Part shown: piece after piece, positions 44,803 to 54,426 of the stretch | How the letters are laid out: each line of letters starts with the position of its first letter | Numbering within the stretch: position 1 is the stretch's first letter | NCBI GenBank assembly: GCA_964641815.1 | Contig: CAZXKN010000116.1 | Coordinates: 1,889-65,888, forward strand | Source of the DNA: an uncultured Gemmatimonadaceae bacterium | GTDB taxonomy: Bacteria; Gemmatimonadota; Gemmatimonadetes; Gemmatimonadales; GWC2-71-9 | Length of the DNA: 64,000 nucleotides | Direction of reading: 5' to 3' | The notes under the pieces: model-generated | Database searches by the model: none | What the model saw: the letters and a program-made list of their open reading frames with translations, nothing else | What the model was told of the DNA's origin: nothing | Made by a program: the position numbers and the translations under genes

Positions 44803-46167
44803 TCAGCCGATGCGGTGCAGCTCCACTCGACGATTGCGGGCGCGGCCGGCCGGGGTGAGGTTCGAATCGCGAGGATTGGCTGACCCGAACCCGCGCGCAG
44901 TCAGCCGGGCGGGCGTGACGCCCTGGCGGATCAAGTACGCGCGTACTGCGTCGGCGCGGGCTTGCGACAACCGCCGATTGGCTTCCGGGGCCCCCTGGTC
45001 GTCGGTGTAGCCCGCGACTTCGACCCGGATCTCCGGGTATGCCCGAAGACTCGCGGCCACCTGATCGAGCGTTCCGAACGAGGCCGCCGCCAGCACCGCG
45101 CTTCCCGTCTGGAAGGTGAGGCCTTGCAGGATCAGCGTGCGCGATCCGCTGGTGAAGAGCAGGGGACACCCCAGTGCATCGACGCCCGCGCCGGCCGGCG
45201 TCCGCGGGCAGCGATCGCTCGCATCGGGGACCCCGTCGCCGTCGGCGTCCTTGGCGATCGCGCAGCCGCTGGCGTCCACCGTGTCGCCTGCCGGAGTGTT
45301 GGGGCACTTGTCCGCGGCATCGGCGACGCCGTCCCCGTCGGAGTCGATGGGACAACCGTTCGCATCGACCTTGACTCCGGCGCGGGTGCCGGGGCACTGG
45401 TCGTTGGCGTCGATCACACCGTCGCCGTCGGAATCCTTCGGCAGGGAGCAGCCGTTCGCGTCCACCAGGTCGCCGAGCGGGGTGCCGAGGCACTTGTCGA
45501 GCGAATCAGGAACGCCGTCGGAATCCGAGTCCCGGGCAGGAGCCGCGGGTGGCGCGACGCGCACGCCGGTCGGCGGCGGCTGCGTGGGAGCGGGGACGGC
45601 CGTCGGGAAGCGCGGCAGCGAGCCCGATCCGCGCCTGCCGATCAGTACGTCGAAGCCCGCCTGCAGCGCGAAATTCCAGTTGTCTCCGACGCCGGGCCCT
45701 TCGTTCAGCGGCGAGGGGAAGTAGTCGCTCACCGCGGCGACGCGCACCGCCAGGTGCGGGGTGAGATCGAAGCGGGCGCCGAAGAGTCCGGTGATGCCGT
45801 CTTCCCACTGGCTCGTGCCGTCGCGCACGGCGTTGTGGACAAAGCCGGCGCCGAACAACACCGTCGTCGTCGGTGCGGCAGGGACGCCGTAGACGAGCCG
45901 GAGCCGCAGCGGGATTTCCTTGACGTTCCCCGCCGCTGACACACCCGGAGCGGAATAGGCCGCCGATCCCTCGACGGCGAAGCCGCGCGCGACCCACACC
46001 GCGAGCGTCCCGCCGACCCCGATTCCGTCATTGATGAGGAGCGACGGATCGTAGCGCGTGAACTGCCCCAGCCCGCCGAGCTCGATCGTGCCGGGACGCT
46101 GCGCGACGACGGGGACGGTCAGGAGCGCCGACAGCACGACCGCGCTCGCGGGGACGGCCACTCGCAT
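44803..46167 (-). CDS. OmpA-family outer membrane protein with thrombospondin type-3 repeats (paralogue)
   Basis: Trimmed from 46527 to MRVAVPASAVVLSALLTVPVVAQ. It has the same architecture as 43299..44666, with 4 TSP3-like repeats and the OmpA domain GYTDDQG...NRRLSQARA. Confidence 0.85.
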   Translation of the reverse strand: MRVAVPASAVVLSALLTVPVVAQRPGTIELGGLGQFTRYDPSLLINDGIGVGGTLAVWVARGFAVEGSAAYSAPGVSAAGNVKEIPLRLRLVYGVPAAPTTTVLFGAGFVHNAVRDGTSQWEDGITGLFGARFDLTPHLAVRVAAVSDYFPSPLNEGPGVGDNWNFALQAGFDVLIGRRGSGSLPRFPTAVPAPTQPPPTGVRVAPPAAPARDSDSDGVPDSLDKCLGTPLGDLVDANGCSLPKDSDGDGVIDANDQCPGTRAGVKVDANGCPIDSDGDGVADAADKCPNTPAGDTVDASGCAIAKDADGDGVPDASDRCPRTPAGAGVDALGCPLLFTSGSRTLILQGLTFQTGSAVLAAASFGTLDQVAASLRAYPEIRVEVAGYTDDQGAPEANRRLSQARADAVRAYLIRQGVTPARLTARGFGSANPRDSNLTPAGRARNRRVELHRIG

Positions 46168-46181
46168 GCGGGCTCCTGACG

Positions 46182-48371
46182 TCAGGTGGCGACTTCCGGG
46201 GTGAGCGCGGGCGATCCCATGGTGCCGCTGGCCGCCGGTGGTACTGGCGCGGAGCTCGGTGGCGGCGGGGGCGGCTCCGCGGCCTGATCGGCGACGATGC
46301 GGAACGATTTCACCGCTCCCTGCAGCCGGTCGGCGGCCTCGGCGAGCTGGTTGGCCGACGACGCGATCTCCTCGGTGGACGCCGACTGCTCTTCGCTCGA
46401 AGCGGCGATCTCCTGGGCCGAGGCCAGCAGGCCGTCGGTCCCCTCGGCAACGGCGGTGAGGCGCGAGGCGATCTCGTCGACCAGCCGCCGCACTTCGACC
46501 GCCGACGTGGCGATCTCCTGGCTCCACGCGTCGTTGGCCTCGGCTTCCCCGGTGACGCTGGTGAGTCCCTGCGCCGCCGTCTGCGCCGCCTCGCGAGCCA
46601 CCGCCCCGGTCTGGGCGAGGCGCTGCAGCCGGTCGCGGGTCGCCTGCACACGGGTGAGCACGCCGCGCACCGTGTCGGCGGTTTCGGTCGCGCCGGCGGC
46701 GGCGACCGACGCGAGCTTGCGCACCTCGTCCGCCACGACGGCGAAGCCGCGGCCCTGCTGTCCCGCGCGTGCCGCCTCGATCGCGGCGTTGAGGGCCAGC
46801 ATGTTGGTCTGGGTGGCGACGGCCTTTGCTTGCGTGACGAAGCGCTGGATCTGCGCCGACGACGCGGCGAGCGCCTCCGCTTCCTGGACCCCGTGCTCGA
46901 TCTCGCTGCCGAGCTTGGCGAGCTGCGTGATGCTCTGATCGAGCACCCCCTTGTGGTGGCGGGCGAGCTTCGACAGTTCGGCGTTGCGCCGCACGGAATC
47001 CTCGGACCCCATCGCCAGGGCGCTCGCGATGTGGAGGATGCGGCTCGCGTCATCGGCGGCCGCGCGCACCAGCTGCGCTTGCTCGGCGGCGCGGCGCGTG
47101 AGGTCCTGCGTCGTCGACGTCATCTCCTGGGTGGAGGCGCTCATCTGCTCCGTCGCGGCGGAGATCTCGGCGGCCATCGCGGCGGACTCATCGGCGGAGG
47201 TGCGGATCGCGCCGACGAGGCGGCGCAACGCCTCCACCATCGTCTGGACTGAGGTCAGGAGGTCGCGCGTCTCCGACGATCCGCCGCGGGCGGTAACGCT
47301 GAGCGCGAGGTCGCCGCTCGCCACCTGCCGGGTCACCGCGGCAGCGGCGCGGACCGGCTCCGTCACTTGCCGGTCGAGCCAGCGTCCCAGACCGAACAGC
47401 GTGCCCATCGCCAGGACGAGCAACACGAATGCGCCGAACCATGCGACGTGCTGAACCCGCAGTGCCAACGCGTACGCCGCGCTGGTCGGCTGGCGAAACT
47501 CAACCCACCAGTGGCCGTCGTTCGTAGGGGTGGAGACGCTCAACTCCGCACCGTGTGTGCCGGCGGCCGGGACCACTGCGAACCGCGTGCTGTCGCGGTT
47601 CCCCGCCCGGCTGGTGTTCGGCAACGACCGCAGCGGGACCAGCGCGGTGTCCTGGGAAACGAGGACTCGTCCCTGTTCGTCCACGAGCTGCAGATAGGCG
47701 CTGTCGCCAAGGTCCGCGCCGCGGAACAGGTAGCGGAGGCGGTCGACCTCGATGACGGACAGGAGCACGCCGAGTACGCGGGTGTTCCGGTCGGATCGAA
47801 TGGCCACAGCGTGATCGATGGAGACGGTCGCCGCGGTGGGGTTGTATTGAGGTGGCCCCTCGTAGCTCCCGTCCCGCATCGCTCCCTGCCACCAGCCGGC
47901 GTCTCGCTGCAGGATGCCGGAGGGACGGGAGGAGGCGAGGACGACGATTCCGTGGTCTTCGGTGAACAGCACGTCGATCAGCTCCGAATTACCGACGTAG
48001 TCCCGCAGGAAGACTTGGAGCTCAGGGTCGGCGCCCAGCTGGCGCGTGCCACCGAAGACGCGTTCGATATCGAGCGGCTGTGCCCGGTCGAGGTGCCGGG
48101 CTGTCACTTGCTGGGAGGCGGTGCGCGCCGCGGCGACGACACCGGGCATGGTGGCAAGAACCTCGGTTTCGTGTCGCCGATCCCGCAGGTACGCGGTGAC
48201 TGCGGCGGCCACGCGACTACTGATTTCGGCGCCGCGGCGGTCGGCGGCCTGCTCGAGCGAAGACCGAGCCGCTCGGCCAGCGGCGAGACCGGCCACGACC
48301 GCGATCACGGCCGGGACCGCGACCACGAGGAGCAACCCGCTGCGCCCGAGCTGTCGAGGATTCGTCGCCAT
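46182..48371 (-). CDS. methyl-accepting chemotaxis protein (Cache-like periplasmic sensor, HAMP, MCP signalling domain)
   Basis: 729 aa with an N-terminal TM helix, a ~280-aa periplasmic domain, a second TM helix and a HAMP domain. Contains the highly conserved [33 protein letters not shown]. Confidence 0.9.
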   Translation of the reverse strand: MATNPRQLGRSGLLLVVAVPAVIAVVAGLAAGRAARSSLEQAADRRGAEISSRVAAAVTAYLRDRRHETEVLATMPGVVAAARTASQQVTARHLDRAQPLDIERVFGGTRQLGADPELQVFLRDYVGNSELIDVLFTEDHGIVVLASSRPSGILQRDAGWWQGAMRDGSYEGPPQYNPTAATVSIDHAVAIRSDRNTRVLGVLLSVIEVDRLRYLFRGADLGDSAYLQLVDEQGRVLVSQDTALVPLRSLPNTSRAGNRDSTRFAVVPAAGTHGAELSVSTPTNDGHWWVEFRQPTSAAYALALRVQHVAWFGAFVLLVLAMGTLFGLGRWLDRQVTEPVRAAAAVTRQVASGDLALSVTARGGSSETRDLLTSVQTMVEALRRLVGAIRTSADESAAMAAEISAATEQMSASTQEMTSTTQDLTRRAAEQAQLVRAAADDASRILHIASALAMGSEDSVRRNAELSKLARHHKGVLDQSITQLAKLGSEIEHGVQEAEALAASSAQIQRFVTQAKAVATQTNMLALNAAIEAARAGQQGRGFAVVADEVRKLASVAAAGATETADTVRGVLTRVQATRDRLQRLAQTGAVAREAAQTAAQGLTSVTGEAEANDAWSQEIATSAVEVRRLVDEIASRLTAVAEGTDGLLASAQEIAASSEEQSASTEEIASSANQLAEAADRLQGAVKSFRIVADQAAEPPPPPPSSAPVPPAASGTMGSPALTPEVAT

Positions 48372-48436
48372 TAGGGTGGTTCGGCTAACCTACGGCGCGT
48401 GACACAGCCGGGCAAGTCAATGTAGCTTCCCGCGAT

Positions 48437-50845
48437 ATGCGCGATGTCCCGAATTACGATCCAGCCGCAATCGAAGCGGCGTGGCAGGCACGCTGGGCGG
48501 AGCGCCGCACCAACGAGCCCGACCTCGACCGTCCCGCGCGGCCGTTCTACAACCTGATGATGTTCCCCTACCCGTCGGCCGAGGGCCTGCACGTGGGGAA
48601 CATGTTTGCGTTCACGGGGGCCGACATTCACGGCCGCTTCCAGCGCCTCCGAGGCAATACCGTGTTCGAGCCGATCGGCTACGACGCGTTCGGAATCCAT
48701 TCCGAGAACTACGCGCTGTCGCGAGGGATCAACCCCGCGAAACTCATTCCGGAGAACATCGCCACCTTCCGCCGGCAGCTGCACCGCATGGGCGGGATGT
48801 TCGATTGGCGCCACGAGCTGTCCACCACCGACCCCGGCTACTACCGCTGGACGCAGTGGCTCTTCCTGCAGCTCTTCAAGGCGGGGCTCGCGTATCGCAA
48901 GCGGGCGGCGGTGAACTGGTGCCCCAAGGACAAGACCGTGCTCGCCAACGAGCAGGTCATCAACGGCCACTGCGAGCGCTGCGGCACGGCGGTGGAGCAG
49001 CGCTCGCTCGATCAGTGGTTCTTCCGCATCACCGACTACGCGGGCCGCCTGCTCGACAACCTCGACCGGCTCGACTGGTCGGAGTCGACGGTCGCCCTGC
49101 AGCGCAACTGGATCGGCCGCAGTGAAGGCGCCGAGCTCGTGTTCCGGACGCCGGCGGGGCAGGGGATCACGGTGTTCACGACGCGCCCCGACACGGTATT
49201 CGGCGCGACCTACCTGGTCCTCGCCCCCGAGCACCCCTTCGTCGACGAGCTCACCGCTGCCGAGCAGCGCCCGGCGGTACGCGCCTACCAGCGCGAGGTC
49301 CAGAGCCGCGACGTCGTCGCGCGCCGCGTCGGCGAGAAGAAGAAGACCGGCGTGTTCCTCGGTAGCTATGCGAAGAATCCCGCCACCGACGAAGCGATCC
49401 CGATCTGGATCGCCGACTACGTGCTGATGGAGTACGGCACCGGCGCCATCATGGCGGTGCCGGGACACGACACCCGCGACCACGAATTCGCGACGCAATT
49501 CAAATTGCCGATTCGCGAGGTGGTGCGGGTGGAGGGCGAGCAGCTCCCCGTCATCTCCGAGGAGGGCGTGCTCGTCAATTCGAAACAATTCGACGGCCTC
49601 GGGTGTCGCGAGGGCGCGCGCCGTATCGTCGCCTGGCTCGCCGAGCGCGGCGTAGGCTCGAGCAAGGTGCAGTACCGTCTGCACGACTGGTGCATCTCGC
49701 GGCAGCGCTATTGGGGTCCGCCGATCCCGATCATCTATTGTGACGCCTGCGGTCCAGTGGCGGTACCCGAACAGGATCTTCCGGTCGAGCTGCCGCTCAT
49801 CGAGGACTTCCGCCCCGACGATTCCGGCATCTCACCGCTGGCGCGGCACACCGAGTGGTACAACGTGCCGTGCCCGTCGTGCGGCAAGGCGGGGCGCCGT
49901 GAGACCGACGTCTCCGATACGTTCCTCGATTCGTCGTGGTATTACCTGCGCTACCCGTCGACCGAGTTCTCCGACCGGCCGTTCGACCCGGCGCGTACCA
50001 AAACGTGGCTCCCGGTCACGACCTACATCGGCGGCAACGAACACGCCGTGTTGCACCTCTTGTATTCGCGCTTCATCACGATGGTGCTCAAGGATTTCGG
50101 GCACGTCGAGTTCGAGGAGCCGTTCCCCAAGCTGCGGGCGCACGGGTTGATCGTGAAGGACGGCTCCAAGATGTCGAAGTCGCGCGGCAACGTCGTCGTC
50201 CCCGACGCCTACATCCAGCAGTGGGGCGCCGACACGTTCCGGATGTATCTGATGTTCCTGGGACCGTTCCAGGAGGGCGGCGACTTCCGCGACACCGGGA
50301 TCACGGGGATCCGGCGCTTTCTCGAGAAGGTGTGGGTGCTCGCCCACGAAGCGACGGCCGGGCCCGACCGGGCGGCGCCGCCCGAAGTCGTCACCAAGCT
50401 GCATCAGACGATTCGCAAGGTGACGGCGGACACCGGCGCACTCGATTACAACACCGCGATCGCGGCGATGATGGAGTACATCAATCTCGTGCGCGAGCGC
50501 GACGCGGGGAGCCGCGAAGCCCTGCGGCCGCTCGTGTTGCTGTTGTCGCCCTACGCTCCGCATCTCGCCGAGGAGCTCTGGATCCTGCTCGGCGGTTCGG
50601 GGCGCAGCGTGTTCGACGAGCGCTGGCCGGAGTACGTCGAGCGGCTCGCCGTCGCAGGCGAAGTCGAAATCGCCATCCAGGTCAACGGCAAGCTGCGCGG
50701 ACGCCTGCAGCTGCCGCGCGGCGCGTCGCAGGACGACGTGGTGACGCGTGCCCTGAAGGAGGAAGGCGTCAAGAAGTTCGTGAATGGGAGCAAGGTGAAA
50801 AAGGTGATTTACGTGCAGGATCGGCTGGTGAACCTGGTAGTGTGA
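48437..50845 (+). CDS. leuS: leucyl-tRNA synthetase
   Basis: 802 aa with a class-I HIGH-type motif (PSAEGLHVGN), KMSKSRGN, and a CP1 editing domain with a zinc-knuckle-like CERCG. Confidence 0.97.
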   Translation: MRDVPNYDPAAIEAAWQARWAERRTNEPDLDRPARPFYNLMMFPYPSAEGLHVGNMFAFTGADIHGRFQRLRGNTVFEPIGYDAFGIHSENYALSRGINPAKLIPENIATFRRQLHRMGGMFDWRHELSTTDPGYYRWTQWLFLQLFKAGLAYRKRAAVNWCPKDKTVLANEQVINGHCERCGTAVEQRSLDQWFFRITDYAGRLLDNLDRLDWSESTVALQRNWIGRSEGAELVFRTPAGQGITVFTTRPDTVFGATYLVLAPEHPFVDELTAAEQRPAVRAYQREVQSRDVVARRVGEKKKTGVFLGSYAKNPATDEAIPIWIADYVLMEYGTGAIMAVPGHDTRDHEFATQFKLPIREVVRVEGEQLPVISEEGVLVNSKQFDGLGCREGARRIVAWLAERGVGSSKVQYRLHDWCISRQRYWGPPIPIIYCDACGPVAVPEQDLPVELPLIEDFRPDDSGISPLARHTEWYNVPCPSCGKAGRRETDVSDTFLDSSWYYLRYPSTEFSDRPFDPARTKTWLPVTTYIGGNEHAVLHLLYSRFITMVLKDFGHVEFEEPFPKLRAHGLIVKDGSKMSKSRGNVVVPDAYIQQWGADTFRMYLMFLGPFQEGGDFRDTGITGIRRFLEKVWVLAHEATAGPDRAAPPEVVTKLHQTIRKVTADTGALDYNTAIAAMMEYINLVRERDAGSREALRPLVLLLSPYAPHLAEELWILLGGSGRSVFDERWPEYVERLAVAGEVEIAIQVNGKLRGRLQLPRGASQDDVVTRALKEEGVKKFVNGSKVKKVIYVQDRLVNLVV

Positions 50846-50932
50846 ATGCAGAATGCAGAATGCAGAATGTCGAATGCAGAATTCTCCGGTCAGGAATTCT
50901 GCATTCTGCATTCATCATTCTGCATTCGCATC
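50844..50932. repeat. unit-built hairpin H6 (heptamer GAATGCA / TGCATTC arms) spanning stop codon to stop codon
   Basis: The left arm has 5 GAATGCA-type units plus GAATTC (50844-50884), the loop is tccggtcag, and the right arm is GAATTC plus 4 TGCATTC-type units. 50851-50884 pairs with 50894-50927 (34 positions: 3 mismatches, 1 G-U). The element abuts the leuS TGA (50843-45) and the minus-strand stop (50931-33). Confidence 0.85.
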
Positions 50933-52040
50933 AGAGCAGTTTCCCGATGACGTCTCCCACGACGTACCCGACCGCCGCGACGCCGACTCCCACCACGAAC
51001 ATGTCGATGCCGCTCCGGAAGATGCTGCGGCCGGTGAAGAAGCTGCGTGCCGCGCCGACGGCGAAGTGCGACGCCATCGCGATGACGAACGCCATCCACA
51101 CCGCGGCCTGGCCGGACAGCACGAGGAACGGGGCCACGGGGATGAAGGCACCCACCGCCGTCGCCACGCCGGTCACCCATCCCTCCTTGAGCGGCGTCGA
51201 GCGCGCCTCGCCGATCTTCAGCTCCTCACGTACGCTCTCTGCCAACGCGCGGGCAGGGTCGCGCATCACCTGCGCCGCCATCGCGTGCGCGCGGTCGGAC
51301 TCGATCCCGCGCGCCTCGTAGATCAGCGCCAGCTCCTCCGCCTCGATCTCGGGCATCAGCTGGATCTCTTCGCGCTCCATCGCGATCTCGTGGGCGTACA
51401 CCTCCTGCTCGCTCTTCGCCGCGAGGTACCCGGAGGCCCCCATCGAGAGCGCGTCCGCGAAGAGACCCGCCACCCCCGAGATCAGCACCACGTGGGGCGA
51501 CACCGCGGCGCCGATCACCCCGGCCACGAGGCCGAAGTTCGCGGTGAGCCCGTCGTTGAATCCGTACACGACGTTGCGCAGAAACCCGCCCGACTCGGTT
51601 TGATGCCACGGCTCGGCTCCCTTGCCGGCGAGCTCGGCGAGCGTGCCCGCGTGCTCCGCCGACTCCTTGGCGAGCGTGAGCGACACGGCGCGCGCGTCGC
51701 CCGACGAGTCGCGGTGCAGGTCGATGTAGCCTTTGACTTCCCGCCCTTCTTCCCGCAACAACAGGGGCAGGAGATAGCCCGGACCGAGTCGCTTGCCGAG
51801 CCACGCCATGACACGCGCGTTCAGCGACGGGATGGTCGCGGCGCCAGGGAGCGCGTGACCGTGGTCGCGCAACAGCTTCGCCCACAGCTCGGTGTGGCGA
51901 CGCTCGACGTCGGCCAGCTTCGCGTAGGTGGTCTTCTTTTTCGCGTCGGGTTCGACGCTGGCCAGCACACCATAGAGGAAGGCGGCGTCCGACTCGTCCT
52001 GATAGTGGTGCAACCAGGTCTTCACTTCGGCCGTGGGCAT
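50931..52040 (-). CDS. VIT1/CCC1-family iron/manganese transporter with N-terminal ferritin-like domain
   Basis: Trimmed to MPTAEVKTWLHHYQDE. The N-terminal half is rubrerythrin/ferritin-like (DESDAAFLY...ERRHTELW). The C-terminal half carries VYGFNDGLTANFGLVAGV and TM helices typical of VIT1. Confidence 0.8.
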   Translation of the reverse strand: MPTAEVKTWLHHYQDESDAAFLYGVLASVEPDAKKKTTYAKLADVERRHTELWAKLLRDHGHALPGAATIPSLNARVMAWLGKRLGPGYLLPLLLREEGREVKGYIDLHRDSSGDARAVSLTLAKESAEHAGTLAELAGKGAEPWHQTESGGFLRNVVYGFNDGLTANFGLVAGVIGAAVSPHVVLISGVAGLFADALSMGASGYLAAKSEQEVYAHEIAMEREEIQLMPEIEAEELALIYEARGIESDRAHAMAAQVMRDPARALAESVREELKIGEARSTPLKEGWVTGVATAVGAFIPVAPFLVLSGQAAVWMAFVIAMASHFAVGAARSFFTGRSIFRSGIDMFVVGVGVAAVGYVVGDVIGKLL

Positions 52041-52174
52041 TGGGGCAAGATACAAGGCTGCAACCATTTACGCGTCCGGTACGTAGTGGCGCGATGGATC
52101 AGGAACCGCCCCGTCCGGACGCTGCCCCCCACCTGCGACCATCCCCACCATCACCGCATCTTAACAAACGACCG

Positions 52175-52711
52175 ATGACGCTCTCCTTGTCCGTCCCCGA
52201 CATCCTGGTAGCGCGCGCGAAGACCGGAGATCTCGAGGCTCTGGAAGCGCTGTACCGCGCCTTCGAGACGCCGGTCTACAACCTCGCGCGGCGCATTTGC
52301 CGCACGCCGGAGGACGCGGAGGACGTGCTGCAGGAGACATTTCTCGAGGTGGTGAAGAGCATCGGCCAGTACCGCGGCGAAGGGCATCTCTGGGGTTGGG
52401 TGCGCCAGATCGCTTCATCGAAAGCGCTGATGCGGCTGCGCGCCGAGAAGCTGCGCATGACCGACCAGCTGGTGGACGAAGCGGCGGGTGCACCGCCGCC
52501 GAGCGTAGCGGCAGGGATCGATCTCGAGCGTGCGTTGGAGCAGTTATCGACAATGTCCCGGGCAGTGGTGTGGCTGCACGACGTCGAGGGGTTTACACAC
52601 GAGGAGATCGCCGAGCAGATGGGTCGCACGGTGAGTTTTTCGAAGTCGCAGCTGGCCCGGGCGCATGCGCGCCTGCGGCGCCTGCTGTCGCCGGCTGCCG
52701 CCGGCAGCTGA
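52175..52711 (+). CDS. ECF-type RNA polymerase sigma-70 factor
   Basis: Trimmed to MTLSLSVPDILVARAKTGD. Region 2 is PVYNLARRICRTPEDAEDVLQETFLEV. Region 4 is VVWLHDVEGFTHEEIAEQMGRTVSFSKSQLARA. Confidence 0.85.
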   Translation: MTLSLSVPDILVARAKTGDLEALEALYRAFETPVYNLARRICRTPEDAEDVLQETFLEVVKSIGQYRGEGHLWGWVRQIASSKALMRLRAEKLRMTDQLVDEAAGAPPPSVAAGIDLERALEQLSTMSRAVVWLHDVEGFTHEEIAEQMGRTVSFSKSQLARAHARLRRLLSPAAAGS

Positions 52712-52726
52712 AGGAGGGGTTGCACG

Positions 52727-53302
52727 ATGCATTGCACGATTGAAGATCTGGTCGCGTTGCGGGACGGCGAAGGCTCGGTGTGGGCGCGCCGGCACGTGGG
52801 GGAGTGTGCCGACTGCCAGGCCGAGCGCGAGCGGTTGTACCAGCGCGTGGCGCAGCTCAAGGCACTCCCCACGCTGCGGCCGCCGCGTGATCGCTGGCAC
52901 GCGATCCGGGACACGGTCGTGGCCGAGCGCTCACGGAAACGGCGGCGCTGGATGCGCAGCGGCCTGGCGGTGGCGGCGGCGTTGGGCGGGTTGATGATCG
53001 TCATCCCGATGGTGCAGAGCCCGACGCACGCACAGGAGCTGGCCATCGTCAAGGATTCATCGGCGCAGCTCGAAACGGTGCTGCGCGATTACGACTCCGA
53101 TTCGCGCGTGATGAGCGGTCGCGAGGCCGACCTCACCGCGCAGCTCGAGGATCAGATCGCCGTACTCGACGGACAGTTGTCGCAGCTGGGCGAGTCGGCG
53201 CGCGCCGACGCCCAGCTCGTAGATCTGTGGCGGCAGCGGGTAGACCTGATGCAGCAGCTCATGCAGGTGCACGTCACCCGTGCCAAGTACGTGGGTCTCT
53301 AA
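52727..53302 (+). CDS. anti-sigma factor (zf-HC2 type, single TM)
   Basis: 191 aa with N-terminal H-x3-C-x2-C (HVGECADCQ) and a TM helix LAVAAALGGLMIVIPMV. It lies directly downstream of the ECF sigma gene. Confidence 0.7.
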   Translation: MHCTIEDLVALRDGEGSVWARRHVGECADCQAERERLYQRVAQLKALPTLRPPRDRWHAIRDTVVAERSRKRRRWMRSGLAVAAALGGLMIVIPMVQSPTHAQELAIVKDSSAQLETVLRDYDSDSRVMSGREADLTAQLEDQIAVLDGQLSQLGESARADAQLVDLWRQRVDLMQQLMQVHVTRAKYVGL

Positions 53303-53325
53303 GCGGCCCCAAGACAAGAGGAATC

Positions 53326-54426
53326 ATGAAGCGCACCTGGATCATCACCGCACTGGCTCTGGCCGGCGCCGCCCCGTTCACGCTTGACGCGCAACAGGCG
53401 GCACCGCCGCCACCGGCGCCGCGCGCCCGCACGCCGCGCACCGACGGCCGGGCGTACACCTTCTCCTTCGACAGCAACCGTGGCCGCATCGGCGTGCTCG
53501 TGAATACCGTTGCCGATTCGGCTTCGGACCGCTACGGCGCGCGGATCGATGGCGTGACGCCGGGTGGGCCCGCCGAAAAGGCAGGGCTCAAATCGGGTGA
53601 CGTCATCACGAAGTTCAACGGCAAGGCGCTCGTGGGCACGGGGTCCGCGGATCTCGACAGCGATGAATCCGCTCCCGGCCACCGGCTGATCGAGCTGGCG
53701 CACGATCTCGATCCCGGCGACACGGTGAAGGTCGAGTACCGCCGCGGCACGGAGACGAAATCGGCCACCCTGGTCGCCGATGCCAGCGGTGCGTTCGCCT
53801 TCGGTGGCATGGGGCCGATGATGCGTGGTGAGATGGAAATGCCCAAGATGCCCTTCGTGATGGGCGACGGCGATGACCACATGAACATGAGGATGGGCGT
53901 GTTCTGCATGGGCGATGCCTGGTGCGACCTCGACCTGGTCACCCTCAATCCGGAGCTCGGCGATTACTTCGGGACGAAAGACGGCGTGCTGGTGGTCAAG
54001 GCGCCCGCGGACTCCGGCCTCCCGCTGAGGGGCGGCGACGTCATCCTCTCGATCGGCGGCCGTAAACCGACGTCCCCGTCCCACGCGATGCGCATCCTGC
54101 GCTCCTACGATGCCGGCGAGACCGTCTCGATCGAGATCATGCGCCATCAAAAGCGGACGACGATCTCCTGGACCGTGCCCGACGAGAACCGGCGCTGGCG
54201 AGTGCGGGCCGCCCCGCGCGAGCGCGGCGAGCAGAGCATGTGGATCGTGCCGAACGCGACGACCGAGCGACTGCGCGCGCTGCAGGTCGACGGCCGCCGG
54301 GCGCTCGAGTCGGCCCGTGCCCAGGAGCGGCGCTCGCTCGGTGAGTCGCGCCAGCAGATCGAGCGGCTGCGCCGCTCGCTGCAGGACATGGTGCGCCGCC
54401 ACCGCATCGCGACGGCGGTGATTTAG
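53326..54426 (+). CDS. secreted protein with two PDZ domains
   Basis: Trimmed to MKRTWIITALALAGAAPFTLDAQ. PDZ signatures are IDGVTPGGPAEKAGLKSGDVITKFNGKAL and VVKAPADSGLPLRGGDVILSIGGRK. Confidence 0.7.
   Translation: MKRTWIITALALAGAAPFTLDAQQAAPPPPAPRARTPRTDGRAYTFSFDSNRGRIGVLVNTVADSASDRYGARIDGVTPGGPAEKAGLKSGDVITKFNGKALVGTGSADLDSDESAPGHRLIELAHDLDPGDTVKVEYRRGTETKSATLVADASGAFAFGGMGPMMRGEMEMPKMPFVMGDGDDHMNMRMGVFCMGDAWCDLDLVTLNPELGDYFGTKDGVLVVKAPADSGLPLRGGDVILSIGGRKPTSPSHAMRILRSYDAGETVSIEIMRHQKRTTISWTVPDENRRWRVRAAPRERGEQSMWIVPNATTERLRALQVDGRRALESARAQERRSLGESRQQIERLRRSLQDMVRRHRIATAVI

Noticed and set aside
44859-44868. GGTTCGAATC, a tRNA T-arm-like motif
   Set aside because: It lies inside the OmpA-domain coding region (…RNRRVELHRIG). 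No acceptor or anticodon stems can be drawn around it, so it is not a tRNA.
50844-50932. Could the short-unit arrays (here and at 3281, 5220, 8415, 28267, 34429 and 43215) be CRISPR arrays?
   Set aside because: The units are 7-10 nt and directly contiguous, with no spacers. Each array is paired with an inverted copy, and no cas genes are present. This is not CRISPR architecture.
52102-52130. GGAAC at 52102-52106 as the -35 element of an autoregulated ECF promoter
   Set aside because: I could not find a convincing -10 element (CGTC/TCTGA type) at 16-17 nt spacing. The evidence is too weak to report as a feature.
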